The notes under the pieces: generated by a model
The model's database searches: none
Seen by the model: the letters and a program-made list of their open reading frames with translations, nothing else
What the model was told of the DNA's origin: nothing
Translations under genes and position numbers: made by a program
NCBI GenBank assembly: GCA_041674805.1
Contig: JBAYVA010000001.1
Coordinates: forward strand, 262,612-326,611
Direction: 5' to 3'
DNA from: Candidatus Magasanikiibacteriota bacterium
GTDB lineage: Bacteria; Patescibacteriota; Patescibacteriia; Magasanikbacterales; UBA922
Length of the DNA stretch: 64,000 nucleotides
In this document: piece after piece, positions 50,895 to 60,774 of the stretch
Layout of the letters: each line of letters begins with the position of its first letter
Position numbering within the stretch: the stretch's first letter is position 1

Positions 50895-51740
50895 TTATAT
50901 TTTAATCTTATCAAACAACCTCAAACTATTTTCCCAAACAATATTTTGGACTTCTTTAACACTCAAATCTTTTATAATAGCTACTTGTTTGAGGACTTCT
51001 TCTACCATCCAAGGTTCACAACGCTTGCCACGATACTTTTGTGGAGCGAGATATGGAGCATCTGTTTCTATTAGAAATCTATCCAAAGGAACATTTTTTA
51101 CCACTTCCCACAAATCTTTTTGAATTTTTGGTTCTGTCTTTTTACTAGGAAAAGTGATAATACCCGTGAAACCCAGATACAAACCAAAATCCAAATATTT
51201 TTGAGCAACTTCCCAATCCCCACTAAAACAATGTACTACTCCACGTATTGGCTTTGCCAGAGTTTCTAGTACTTCAATCAGCTCTTTGTGAGCATCACGA
51301 ACGTGAATTACCAGTGGTAAATTATTTTTTACAGCAAAATGATATTGCGCCAAAAATATTTCCTTTTGCCTGTCTAATACTTCTTCAACTGTTTTGTCTT
51401 TTGGAACATGATACAATTCAAAACCACATTCCCCTACTGCAATTACTTTGTCTGATTTAGCAAGTTCAGCAAAATATTCTTCATCAAAATTTTCTTCACG
51501 AGAAACAAAAGATGATTCTTCTTCATCGACATAAGTTGGAAATAAGTGTATTGGATGAATCCCTATTGAAGCAAAAATATTAGAATTACTTTCAGCTAAC
51601 TCCACCGCTTTTCTACTCGTTTCTTTTTGGGTACCAATAGCATGAAGCCAAATATTTTTTTCAGCACAAACTTCAAGCACTTTTTCACGCTCTTCATCAA
51701 AACCTTTGAATTGTATATGGCAGTGAGAGTCAAACAACAT
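50895..51740 (-). CDS. tatD: TatD family nuclease
   Basis: DSHCH, GIHP, VGECG, IHVRDA, HCFSG, ETDAPYLAP. Confidence 0.94.
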   Translation of the reverse strand: MLFDSHCHIQFKGFDEEREKVLEVCAEKNIWLHAIGTQKETSRKAVELAESNSNIFASIGIHPIHLFPTYVDEEESSFVSREENFDEEYFAELAKSDKVIAVGECGFELYHVPKDKTVEEVLDRQKEIFLAQYHFAVKNNLPLVIHVRDAHKELIEVLETLAKPIRGVVHCFSGDWEVAQKYLDFGLYLGFTGIITFPSKKTEPKIQKDLWEVVKNVPLDRFLIETDAPYLAPQKYRGKRCEPWMVEEVLKQVAIIKDLSVKEVQNIVWENSLRLFDKIKI

Positions 51741-51757
51741 ATTATTTCGTATCCCTA

Positions 51758-52294
51758 TTAACGAATTATATTCTCAGCATAATCTACCGTAGATTGCAAA
51801 AGTTGTAAAGCCTGTGGCAATAATGGCAAGAAAATAGAAGCAATATCACTTAAAGTTGGAGCTAATGTTGAATTTGCCAAACCTGTCATTATTTTTTCAG
51901 AAAGAGGAATTCTCTCAATAAAATATACAAACAAACCAAGACTTAATATACCTTCGAGCAAACCTAAGCCTAAACCAAACAAACGATTGAAAGTTTTTAC
52001 AAAAGGAATAATAGAAATGATCTTAAATATTCTATCTACAAACCAGAAAAATACACCTACCGCACTTGTGATAACAAAAAAAGCCAAAATAAACATCAAT
52101 ACTTTGCTAGTATTAGCTTGCCAACCTGTCACAGATATTAGCCAAGTAGCTAATTCATTATAATATCTACCAGCCAAATAAACACCCAAAAAAGTACCAA
52201 TGAGTGAGCCAAACGCACGCACAAAACCAGACCAAAAACCATAAATTCCAAAACCGCCGATAATTATAAGAAAAATGATATCTGTAAGATTCAT
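51758..52294 (-). CDS. CvpA/colicin V production family membrane protein
   Basis: DIIFL....GIYGFWSGFVR, NRLFGLGLGLLEG. Confidence 0.82.
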   Translation of the reverse strand: MNLTDIIFLIIIGGFGIYGFWSGFVRAFGSLIGTFLGVYLAGRYYNELATWLISVTGWQANTSKVLMFILAFFVITSAVGVFFWFVDRIFKIISIIPFVKTFNRLFGLGLGLLEGILSLGLFVYFIERIPLSEKIMTGLANSTLAPTLSDIASIFLPLLPQALQLLQSTVDYAENIIR

Positions 52295-52347
52295 ATTATT
52301 ATGAATAAAAATTATATTAATATTTTATCACAAAAATAAACAAAATA

Positions 52348-52379
52348 AAAACATTCTCTTTTTTTGAGAATGTTTTTTA
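52348..52379 (-). terminator. Intrinsic terminator after metG
   Basis: AAAAACATTCTC..GAGAATGTTTTT inverted repeat. Confidence 0.68.
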
Positions 52380-52392
52380 TAAATTTCACAAA

Positions 52393-53913
52393 CTATTTTA
52401 CTAATCTTGCAAACAATATTTCTGCTTTTTTTATTTCTTTTCCTTCTTGCAATAAACCCCATTTTTTTTCTTCAGCAAAATTGTCTGAAACTTCCAAATT
52501 CAATTGAGACAAAATCTTTTCAGCAGTTCCAGGAATAATTGGTACCAATGATAAAGCCAAATGTCGTAGACCTTCTACCAACTGATACAACAAAACAGAG
52601 ATATTTTCACCAGTCTTCACTTTTTCCCAAGGTTTTTCTTCAGAAATTTTCAAATCTATTTTTGAAACCAAGGAATTAATATTTTTTATTACTTCTTCAA
52701 AATCAAATTTAGCAAAAGCACTTTCATGATCTAACCAAAATTTTTCTGTTTCAAAAATATCTACTGCAACAGCTGGTACTTTATTTTCTTGATATTTCTC
52801 TATCATGGTCAAAATACGAGAAGTAAGGTTACCAATACCATTTACTAGATGAGCGGTGTAAAAATTTTCAAAACGTGATACTGAAAAATCACCATCTTTA
52901 GTTGAAGAAACTGCTCCAAGCAAATAATAACGTACAGCATCTGTTCCATATTTAGTAACAACATCTTCTGGATTCACGACATTTCCTAGAGATTTACTCA
53001 TCTTCTCTCCTTCAGTTGTCAAATAACCATGTATAAATTCTGTTGTAGGCAAATCCAAACTTGCAGAAATAAGCATGGCTGGCCAATAAAGAACATGAAA
53101 CTTACCAATACCTTTACCAATTACATGCACGACTTCCCTATTTTCTTGATCATTTTGTTCCCAATATTTTGTAAACAAACTTTCATCAGTACTACCAAAA
53201 TTCAAACCTGTTATATAATTTGACAAAGCATCCACCCAAACATACATGATTTGACTTTCATCACCCGGAACTTTTACCCCCCAATTGTGAGCACGCTCTG
53301 CACTACGAGAAATACTAAAATCTTCCAATCCTCTATCTATAAAAGCAAGCCACTCATTTTTACGAAATTCTGGAGTAATATTTATAATATTTTTTTCTAC
53401 CAATTCTTTCAATTTTTCTTGGTAATTGGAAAGTTTGAAAAACCAATTTTCTTCTTCAACCACTTCAGGTGCAGTCTTATGTTCCAAACATTTACCATCC
53501 TCAAGCTCTTCTTCTTTATAAAAAGCTTCGCAACCAACACAATACAAACCTTTATATTTTCTTTTTTCCAAATCTTCTTTTTTGAAATTATTCCACAATT
53601 TTTGGGCACCTTTCATATGTCTATCTTCTGTAGTACGAATGAAACCATCAAAAGAAATATTCAAAATATTTTTGAAATTATAAAATTCCTTGTAATATTC
53701 ATCAACAAATTCTTGAACACCCTTGCCAGCTTTTTCAGCTGCTTGTACATTTTTGAGAGAGTTTTCATCAGTACCAGACAAAAAGAAAACATCTTTACCA
53801 ACAAGTCTCTGGTAACGAGCTATAGCATCTGTTTGAATATATTCAAGAGCATGTCCAATATGAGGTTTGCCATTGATATAAGGAATGGCGGTTGAAATGT
53901 AATATTTATTCAT
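52393..53913 (-). CDS. metG: Methionine--tRNA ligase (short form)
   Basis: PYINGKPHIGH, GTDE, YVWVDALSNY, KMSKSLGN. Confidence 0.96.
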   Translation of the reverse strand: MNKYYISTAIPYINGKPHIGHALEYIQTDAIARYQRLVGKDVFFLSGTDENSLKNVQAAEKAGKGVQEFVDEYYKEFYNFKNILNISFDGFIRTTEDRHMKGAQKLWNNFKKEDLEKRKYKGLYCVGCEAFYKEEELEDGKCLEHKTAPEVVEEENWFFKLSNYQEKLKELVEKNIINITPEFRKNEWLAFIDRGLEDFSISRSAERAHNWGVKVPGDESQIMYVWVDALSNYITGLNFGSTDESLFTKYWEQNDQENREVVHVIGKGIGKFHVLYWPAMLISASLDLPTTEFIHGYLTTEGEKMSKSLGNVVNPEDVVTKYGTDAVRYYLLGAVSSTKDGDFSVSRFENFYTAHLVNGIGNLTSRILTMIEKYQENKVPAVAVDIFETEKFWLDHESAFAKFDFEEVIKNINSLVSKIDLKISEEKPWEKVKTGENISVLLYQLVEGLRHLALSLVPIIPGTAEKILSQLNLEVSDNFAEEKKWGLLQEGKEIKKAEILFARLVK

Positions 53914-54018
53914 AAAATTATTTATTTGTAATATATAAGTTTGGTGAGGAGACAATGCCGAGGGTAGAAACACTGTCAACCTCCTTTGAACCCTACAGCG
54001 ATTGTTTGGCTGTACTAC

Positions 54019-54216
54019 TTAGTCAGCCATTTCATCGTTGGGGGGATCACACGAAGTAGCCGAGAACGCCTCGACATCATCGAAGTGTACTGTACAACCC
54101 TGGCAACGATAGTAAAGCACACGCCCCTTCTTCGTTCCCTGAGGAGTCTCCCTTACAGCTTCATAACCACCATCATACCCGCAAACAGCACAGGTAAAAT
54201 TTGAATCCATCGGCAT
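54019..54216 (-). CDS. 65-aa putative zinc-ribbon protein (CxxC...CxxC), GC-richer than host genes
   Basis: MPMDSNFTCAVCGYDGG...YYRCQGCTVHF; AAGGAG 7 nt upstream of ATG. Confidence 0.65.
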   Translation of the reverse strand: MPMDSNFTCAVCGYDGGYEAVRETPQGTKKGRVLYYRCQGCTVHFDDVEAFSATSCDPPNDEMAD

Positions 54217-54271
54217 TGCCAATCTCCTTATTTTTCCCCTCGCCAAACATATATATTTATATTTATAATAA

Positions 54272-54952
54272 CTATCCGCGTCTAATAATAACAACAAATT
54301 CCCCCTTATCCTTCACCTGCATTTCAGCCAAACCACCGACAGTCCCACGATAAATCGTTTCAAATTTTTTGGTAAGTTCCCGACAAATACAAACTTTTGT
54401 TTCAGGTGCTAAAAACTCTTGCATACTTGCCACGGCTTTGAGAATTCTGTGATTTGATTCATAAAAACAAACTGTCTGTTCAATATTTGCTAAATTTTTG
54501 AAATATGATTGTCTACCATTTTTTTGAGGAGGAAAACCAAGGAAAATAAATTTGTCAGTAGGAAAACCAGAAATAGAGAGTGCTGTCACTACAGCAGAAA
54601 CACCTGGTATAGGTACAATTTCTATTTCAGAATTATTTTCCAATATTTCAAAAATCAACTTGTTTCCAGGATCAGAAATTCCTGGGGTACCAGCATCAGA
54701 GACAAGAGCTAAATTCTTACCTTCTTCAAGTAATTCTTTTATTTCAGAAACTTTTCTTTCGTCACTATGTTGATGATAACTAATCGTCTTAGTAGTGATT
54801 TCATAGTGATTCAACAATTTTTGGGTGACTCGAGTATCTTCACACAAAATAAAATCAACGCTTTTCAAAGTTTCCAAAGCACGCAAAGTAATATCACCTA
54901 GATTACCAATCGGTGTAGCGACTATATACAATTTTCCAAAATCAGTCGTCAT
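54272..54952 (-). CDS. rsmI: 16S rRNA C1402 2'-O-methyltransferase
   Basis: LYIVATPIGNLGDITLRAL, CEDTR, VSDAGTPGISDPG, RELTKKFE, KGEFV. Confidence 0.95.
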   Translation of the reverse strand: MTTDFGKLYIVATPIGNLGDITLRALETLKSVDFILCEDTRVTQKLLNHYEITTKTISYHQHSDERKVSEIKELLEEGKNLALVSDAGTPGISDPGNKLIFEILENNSEIEIVPIPGVSAVVTALSISGFPTDKFIFLGFPPQKNGRQSYFKNLANIEQTVCFYESNHRILKAVASMQEFLAPETKVCICRELTKKFETIYRGTVGGLAEMQVKDKGEFVVIIRRG

Positions 54953-55186
54953 AATCTGTTTAAATTTGTTTAACTTGTCCGCCTTGGGCGGAATCAATGC
55001 TATTATAACAAATTCAGCCAAAAAATCAATAATAAACAAAAAACAAGATTTTTTTTGTTTTTTATGTTATAATGCAAAAGCTTGAAAGGCTAAAAAGCTT
55101 TTTTTTAAAACATTGTCTTTCAAACTCACTGCCTATCAACAAGCAGATTTTAAAAATTATAAGCCTTTCAGGCATTCACAAAAACT

Positions 55187-56572
55187 ATGAAAAAAACACT
55201 AATTTATATATTACTATTCAATCTATTAATTCCACAAATTTCTTTGGCTGTCGATTTTAATCCAAACTATATTATCAGTGATGAAACTTTGCAAAACAAA
55301 GATACTATGAGTACATCTGACATACAGATTTTTTTGGAAGAAAAAAATAGCCCATTGGCAAGTTTTATTACTGAGTATATAGATGGCAATCGACAAAAAG
55401 CATCAGCAATTATCTACAACTCCGCTCAAAAATACAATATAAATCCCAAATATTTACTTGTAAAACTACAAAAAGAACAAAGTTTAGTAACTGACAAAAA
55501 TCCTAGTCAAAAACAATTTGATTGGGCTACAGGCTACGCTGTTTGTGATAGTTGTGCTATGGATGATCCAAGTATTCAAGAATACAAAGGATTTACCAAC
55601 CAAGTAGATAGTGCTGCTGGTGTCATGAGAAGTTATTATGAAAAATATCCTACACAAGCTTGGATCAAACGCGCAGGACAAACATATAATATTGATGGTC
55701 AAAAAATCACACCAGCGACCAACGCGACAGCTTTTCTTTATACCTATACACCTCATATTCACGGCAATCAAAATTTTTGGACAATCTGGCAATCTTGGTT
55801 TGAACAAAGCTACCCAGATGGTACTTTAGCCAAAACAAACGAAAATCCCACAGTTTATCTATTGCAAGATGGCAAAAAAAGAAAAATTGATAATATGACT
55901 TCTCTTGTCACCAGATTTGATCCAAAAATGATAATAACAGTACCACAATCAGAAATTGACAAACTAGAAAATGGTAAAGAAATAAAATTACCAAATTATG
56001 CGATTGTCCAAGCTCCTTCAGGTTATTATTTACTTGATTATGATTATAAAAGAAAATTTGATAGCTATGATGTAGTCAGAAAATTTGGCTATAACCCAGA
56101 TGAAATCATAGAAGTAGAAGAATCTGATTTAGAAAGTTATTTACCAGCTGAAAATATTAGTGCGGATGTAAGAGATCTTACTGGTAGAATTGTCAAACTA
56201 AAAAATACACAAAATTTTTATTATATAAAAGATAACACCTATTCACCTATTTTGGACCAAAAAATTATACAAACAAATTTTAATAACTTAGATATTGAAA
56301 CCGTTGAAAGTACAACTTTTGATACTCTCACCAAAACAAATCCTATTTTACCAAAAGATGGTATAATTATTGGAGTAGAAGGAGATTCTTCTATATATGT
56401 CATAGAAAATGGTAAAAAAAGACACATCAAAAATGAAAAAACTTTCAATACTTATGGTTATAATTGGAAAAACATTGTCTGGATCAATTTTTATGCAGGT
56501 TTAGCTATACCAGATGGCTTACCATTGCAATTAATTGAAGAAATTGATAATTTAGATACAGTTACTAACTAA
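55187..56572 (+). CDS. Secreted protein with lysozyme-like/peptidoglycan-acting N-domain and repeated C-terminal modules
   Basis: Signal peptide; INPKYLLVKLQKEQSL, ATAFLYTYTPH; repeated VYLLQDGKKRKI / IYVIENGKKRHI units. Function is inference. Confidence 0.6.
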   Translation: MKKTLIYILLFNLLIPQISLAVDFNPNYIISDETLQNKDTMSTSDIQIFLEEKNSPLASFITEYIDGNRQKASAIIYNSAQKYNINPKYLLVKLQKEQSLVTDKNPSQKQFDWATGYAVCDSCAMDDPSIQEYKGFTNQVDSAAGVMRSYYEKYPTQAWIKRAGQTYNIDGQKITPATNATAFLYTYTPHIHGNQNFWTIWQSWFEQSYPDGTLAKTNENPTVYLLQDGKKRKIDNMTSLVTRFDPKMIITVPQSEIDKLENGKEIKLPNYAIVQAPSGYYLLDYDYKRKFDSYDVVRKFGYNPDEIIEVEESDLESYLPAENISADVRDLTGRIVKLKNTQNFYYIKDNTYSPILDQKIIQTNFNNLDIETVESTTFDTLTKTNPILPKDGIIIGVEGDSSIYVIENGKKRHIKNEKTFNTYGYNWKNIVWINFYAGLAIPDGLPLQLIEEIDNLDTVTN

Positions 56573-56580
56573 TATTCTTT

Positions 56581-57375
56581 ATGCCTATAGTTTTTGCAGC
56601 TATTACACCTCATCCTCCTATATTGATAGAAGGTATAGGAAAAGAACAAAAAGAAAAAATAAACAAAACAATCAATTCTTTTGCTATTTTGGAAAAAGAT
56701 CTGTATGTAACAAAACCAGACATCATAGTTATACTTTCACCTCACAATACTTTTTCAGAAAAAATTTTTTCTATAAATTTGGCAACTGAGTTCGTTTCTT
56801 ATTATGAAAAATTTGGTTATTTTGCAACTACCGATATTTGGAAAGGTGAAACAACTCTTTCTTATATTATAAAAGAAAAAACTCAAGAAAAAGATATTCC
56901 TATCCAAATCATTACTGAAAAAAAATTAGACCACAGTACTTCTATACCTCTTTCCAAAATAAGTAAAAATTTAACAAATATAAAAATTTTACCAATAAAC
57001 ACCTCACAACAAACTGAAGCAAAAACACTACTAGACTTTGGCAAAATTTTGTATGAAATATTAGCTGACTCAGAAAAAAGAATAGCGATTATTGCTTCAG
57101 CTGATTTGTCTCACGCACTAACAAATGAATCACCGGCTGGATACCACAAAGCTGGCAAAGAATTTGATGAAACAATTATCAAACTTTTGGAAACACATAA
57201 TACAGTAGGTATTACTCAAATGGACAAAGATTTAATCAAAAATTCAGAAGAATGCGGTTATAATTCTATTTTGATTTTACTAGGTTGCCTAAAAAATATT
57301 AAATATGAATTCAAAAATTTGTCTTATGAAAGTCCTTTAGGTATTGGTTACCTAACTGGTGAATTTGTATTTTAA
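56581..57375 (+). CDS. MEMO1/LigB-fold protein (AmmeMemoRadiSam protein B-like)
   Basis: PHPPILI, SPH, LDH, IASADLSH, ECG, YESPLGIGY. Confidence 0.83.
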   Translation: MPIVFAAITPHPPILIEGIGKEQKEKINKTINSFAILEKDLYVTKPDIIVILSPHNTFSEKIFSINLATEFVSYYEKFGYFATTDIWKGETTLSYIIKEKTQEKDIPIQIITEKKLDHSTSIPLSKISKNLTNIKILPINTSQQTEAKTLLDFGKILYEILADSEKRIAIIASADLSHALTNESPAGYHKAGKEFDETIIKLLETHNTVGITQMDKDLIKNSEECGYNSILILLGCLKNIKYEFKNLSYESPLGIGYLTGEFVF

Positions 57376-57393
57376 AAAAATAATCCCTATATT

Positions 57394-59262
57394 GTGATTG
57401 CCAAAATTATTCCACTCACAAGATTACCAAGAACTTTTTCTTTTTTTGATTATCAAGTTAATGCTGATTTTGCAACTTCAATCAAAACAGGTCAACTAGT
57501 AAAAATACCTTTTCGTAACAAAGAAATATTTGGTGTCATTTTTGATATAGAAAAAAATCTAAACAATGATAAGCTAAAAGAAATAAAAGATATTGTAAAT
57601 AACACTCCCCTATTTAGCAAAAAACAATTGGAACTATTTTTACTATTATCACAAGTCTATTTAGTTTCTACTTCTATATTTTTGAAAATGAGTTTGCTAC
57701 CATTACAAAAAAGAAAATTGAAAAATATTGAAATAAAATTAGCAGAAAAAAATAATATAAAAACGATAGATGAAAATACTTCTTATTTTTTTTATCAAAA
57801 TTCAGAAGAACATCAGGAAGTTTATAAAAATATTACTGAGAATACTTTGATAATCGTACCAGAAATAAGCCAAATAAAAGACATCCTACAAATTTTGCCA
57901 GAAAACTTGAAAGAAAAAACTATAGTTTGGTATTCAGAACTTAGCGAAAAACAAAAATTTGAAAATTGGCTAAAAATAAAAAATGAAGAAAAAACTATTA
58001 TTATAGGCACACGCAATACTTTGTTTTTGCCATTTAACAATCTAAAAAATATTATTATAGATTATGAACACAATGACAATATAAAAAGTTGGGATAGCTC
58101 ACCAAAATTTCATGCCAAAGACATTGTAAAATATTTACAAAAACTTTATAATTGTCAACTCACTTTTGCTAGTTTTTCACCAAGTTTTGAAAAATACTAT
58201 GAAATAAGCAAAGAAAAAATTAGCTACAATAAAAAATTAAATACAAATAAAACTTTGTTTGAAAATACAAATGACAAACTACCAAGTTTGATTAATTATA
58301 ATTATTTTTCCAATAAACAAAATATTTTTTCTCTAGATTTAGAAGACAAAATAAAAAATACAACTGAAAATGTTTTTATCTATATCAATCGCAAAGGTTA
58401 TAGCACTACCACTATTTGTCAAAAATGTAATTATATAGAAACCGACCCAAAAACAGGCTTGCCACTCATCTATATCAAAGAAAAAAATATTTTATATTCA
58501 CCTTATAGCAAATTTAGCAAAACTTACTCAGCTACTTGTCCCAAATGTCAAAATGAATTAGTCAAAAATTATGGTTTTGGAATTGAACAAGTGGCTGACG
58601 AAATTAGCAAATTATTGCCAAAAGAAAATTATCAAATTTTCCAAATAGACAAAGAAAATAATAAAATAGATTTGCAAGAAGAAAAACAAAATATTATAAT
58701 TGGCACAGACGCAGCTTTCAAAAACATTCAATGGGAAAAAATTTCCCTAGTTATTTTCTTGGACATAGACAGACAATTAGCAATACCTGAATATTTGAAT
58801 ATAGAAAATATTTGGCATACTATTCAAGAAATAAATTATTATCGTAAAATAAATAGCGAATTTGTAATTCCAACCAACAAAGTTGAGCATCCCCTATTCA
58901 AATCTTTGAATGAAAAAGATAGAATCTACCGAACAGAATTGAATAATAGACAAAAACTAGGTTTGTCACCTTACAAATACTTAGTCAAATATTACTATGG
59001 TGCCGAACAAGACTGGCTGAGCAAAAATAAGCTAAGTGAAGCCACAAACAACATTTCTCAACTATTGACAAAAAACTCAAAAAATGTTACTATTCTGGGT
59101 CCTTACGAGATGCAACCAAAGTACTTTCGTAGACAATATTGGTATTGTTTGGTACTCAAAATAAACGAAAAAAATCCTTTGAACCTAATAAAAGATATAA
59201 ATCAAAATATACCAGATAATTTCAAAATAGATCCTAATCCTATCAGTTTGCTTTCTCCTTAA
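57394..59262 (+). CDS. priA: Degenerate primosomal protein N' (PriA-like)
   Basis: FDY..GQLVKIPF N-domain, LIIVPEI, IIGTR..LFLP, INRKGYS..CQKC, GFGIEQV, IIIGT; directly upstream of def-fmt; Walker A and DExH absent. Confidence 0.75.
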   Translation: MIAKIIPLTRLPRTFSFFDYQVNADFATSIKTGQLVKIPFRNKEIFGVIFDIEKNLNNDKLKEIKDIVNNTPLFSKKQLELFLLLSQVYLVSTSIFLKMSLLPLQKRKLKNIEIKLAEKNNIKTIDENTSYFFYQNSEEHQEVYKNITENTLIIVPEISQIKDILQILPENLKEKTIVWYSELSEKQKFENWLKIKNEEKTIIIGTRNTLFLPFNNLKNIIIDYEHNDNIKSWDSSPKFHAKDIVKYLQKLYNCQLTFASFSPSFEKYYEISKEKISYNKKLNTNKTLFENTNDKLPSLINYNYFSNKQNIFSLDLEDKIKNTTENVFIYINRKGYSTTTICQKCNYIETDPKTGLPLIYIKEKNILYSPYSKFSKTYSATCPKCQNELVKNYGFGIEQVADEISKLLPKENYQIFQIDKENNKIDLQEEKQNIIIGTDAAFKNIQWEKISLVIFLDIDRQLAIPEYLNIENIWHTIQEINYYRKINSEFVIPTNKVEHPLFKSLNEKDRIYRTELNNRQKLGLSPYKYLVKYYYGAEQDWLSKNKLSEATNNISQLLTKNSKNVTILGPYEMQPKYFRRQYWYCLVLKINEKNPLNLIKDINQNIPDNFKIDPNPISLLSP

Positions 59263-59265
59263 AAT

Positions 59266-59766
59266 ATGAATTTAAAAATTGTTACAATTCCAAATGAAAA
59301 CTTGAGAAAAAGATCCATAGAAGTTGATCTTGATTTTGTGCGTGATGAATCAAATCAAGATTTTTTTGATGATATGATACAAACTATGTATGAAGATGAT
59401 GGTATTGGACTAGCTGCTCCGCAAGTTGGTAAAAATATTCGTGTTTGTGTGATTGGAAAAGAAGCTTTAAAAAAAGACAAACAAAATAAACTAGACAATA
59501 ATAAAGACTTGGTTTTAATAAATCCTATGTGGCAAAAAACCACAAAAAACACAAACATTGATTTAGAAGGCTGTCTTTCTGTACCAAAAACTTATGGCAA
59601 AGTAAAACGCTACAAAAATATTTATGTAGAAGCCCTAAATAGAAAAGGTGAAAAAATAAAGTTTGAAGCCAATAATTTCTTTGCTCGCGTCATCCAACAT
59701 GAAGTAGATCATCTTGATGGTGTACTTTTTATTGATAAAGCGAAGGGAATCTACCAAGTTGAATAA
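59266..59766 (+). CDS. def: Peptide deformylase
   Basis: GIGLAAPQVG, EGCLS, QHEVDHLDG. Confidence 0.97.
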   Translation: MNLKIVTIPNENLRKRSIEVDLDFVRDESNQDFFDDMIQTMYEDDGIGLAAPQVGKNIRVCVIGKEALKKDKQNKLDNNKDLVLINPMWQKTTKNTNIDLEGCLSVPKTYGKVKRYKNIYVEALNRKGEKIKFEANNFFARVIQHEVDHLDGVLFIDKAKGIYQVE

Positions 59767-59771
59767 TTTTT

Positions 59772-60722
59772 ATGAAACCATTAAAAAATGAAAACACAAA
59801 AAAAATAAAGATTGTTTTTTTTGGAACACACGAATTTGCGAAAACAATTTTACAAGGATTAATAAATAGTCCTCTTTTTGAAATAGAAAAAGTTATCACT
59901 CAACCAGATAAACCAGTGGGACGTAAACAGATTTTGCAAAAATCTCCTGTTAAAATTCTAGCCGAAGAAAATAATCTTAATATTGACCAACCAGAAAGCT
60001 TAAAGAACTATGAACTAAGAACTATTAACTCTGAACTTTTCATAGTTGCTCAATACGGACTGCTTATTCCAGAAAATATTTTGAATATTCCAAAATTTGG
60101 AACAATAAATACTCACACTTCCCTACTGCCAAAATACCGAGGAGCTTCTCCTATTCAATCAGCAATTCTAAATGGTGAAACAAAAACAGGTGTGACAATT
60201 ATGCTAATGAACAAAGGTATGGATTCTGGACCTATTTTGAGTCAAAAAACAGTAAAAATATTACCAGATGAAACTTATATAGATTTAGATACAAAAATGG
60301 CGCAAATCGCCTCACAATTGCTTCTAGATACTGTACCAAAATATATTAATGATGAAATAAAACCACAAACTCAAAATGAAACTGAAATAACATTTTGTAA
60401 AAAATTAGATAGAGATGATGGCAAAATTGATTGGAAAAAATCTACAACAGAAATTTACAATCAATATCGTGCTTTTACACCTTGGCCAGGTGTTTGGACT
60501 CTTTGGAATGACAAACGACTAAAACTTTTGGTAACAGAAAAATCTGATAAAAAAATAGAAATTGGTCAAGTAATTATAGAAAATGACATAATATATATTG
60601 GTACAGCTGATAGTTCAATAAAAATATCAAAGTTACAGCTAGAAGGAAAACCTATCATGGATGCCAAAGCATTTATAAATGGCTATGGCAAACAATTTGC
60701 TAAAGAGCTAATGTCATTCTGA
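59772..60722 (+). CDS. fmt: Methionyl-tRNA formyltransferase
   Basis: FFGT, VITQPDKPVGR, NTHTSLLPKYRGASPIQ, MDSG. Confidence 0.96.
   Translation: MKPLKNENTKKIKIVFFGTHEFAKTILQGLINSPLFEIEKVITQPDKPVGRKQILQKSPVKILAEENNLNIDQPESLKNYELRTINSELFIVAQYGLLIPENILNIPKFGTINTHTSLLPKYRGASPIQSAILNGETKTGVTIMLMNKGMDSGPILSQKTVKILPDETYIDLDTKMAQIASQLLLDTVPKYINDEIKPQTQNETEITFCKKLDRDDGKIDWKKSTTEIYNQYRAFTPWPGVWTLWNDKRLKLLVTEKSDKKIEIGQVIIENDIIYIGTADSSIKISKLQLEGKPIMDAKAFINGYGKQFAKELMSF
60003..60037 (+). repeat. Five tandem heptamers (nnnAACT) inside fmt
   Basis: AAGAACT ATGAACT AAGAACT ATTAACT CTGAACT. Confidence 0.75.
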
Positions 60723-60774
60723 ACCTACGAAGTAAGGTGAAGGATCCCTGACAGCAGACAAGTTTCATATAATT

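Noticed and set aside
53251-53895. 214-aa plus-strand ORF and similar antisense ORFs over atpA, atpD, lysS and murE
   Set aside because: They lie fully opposite well-supported genes and have F/I/S-rich shadow composition
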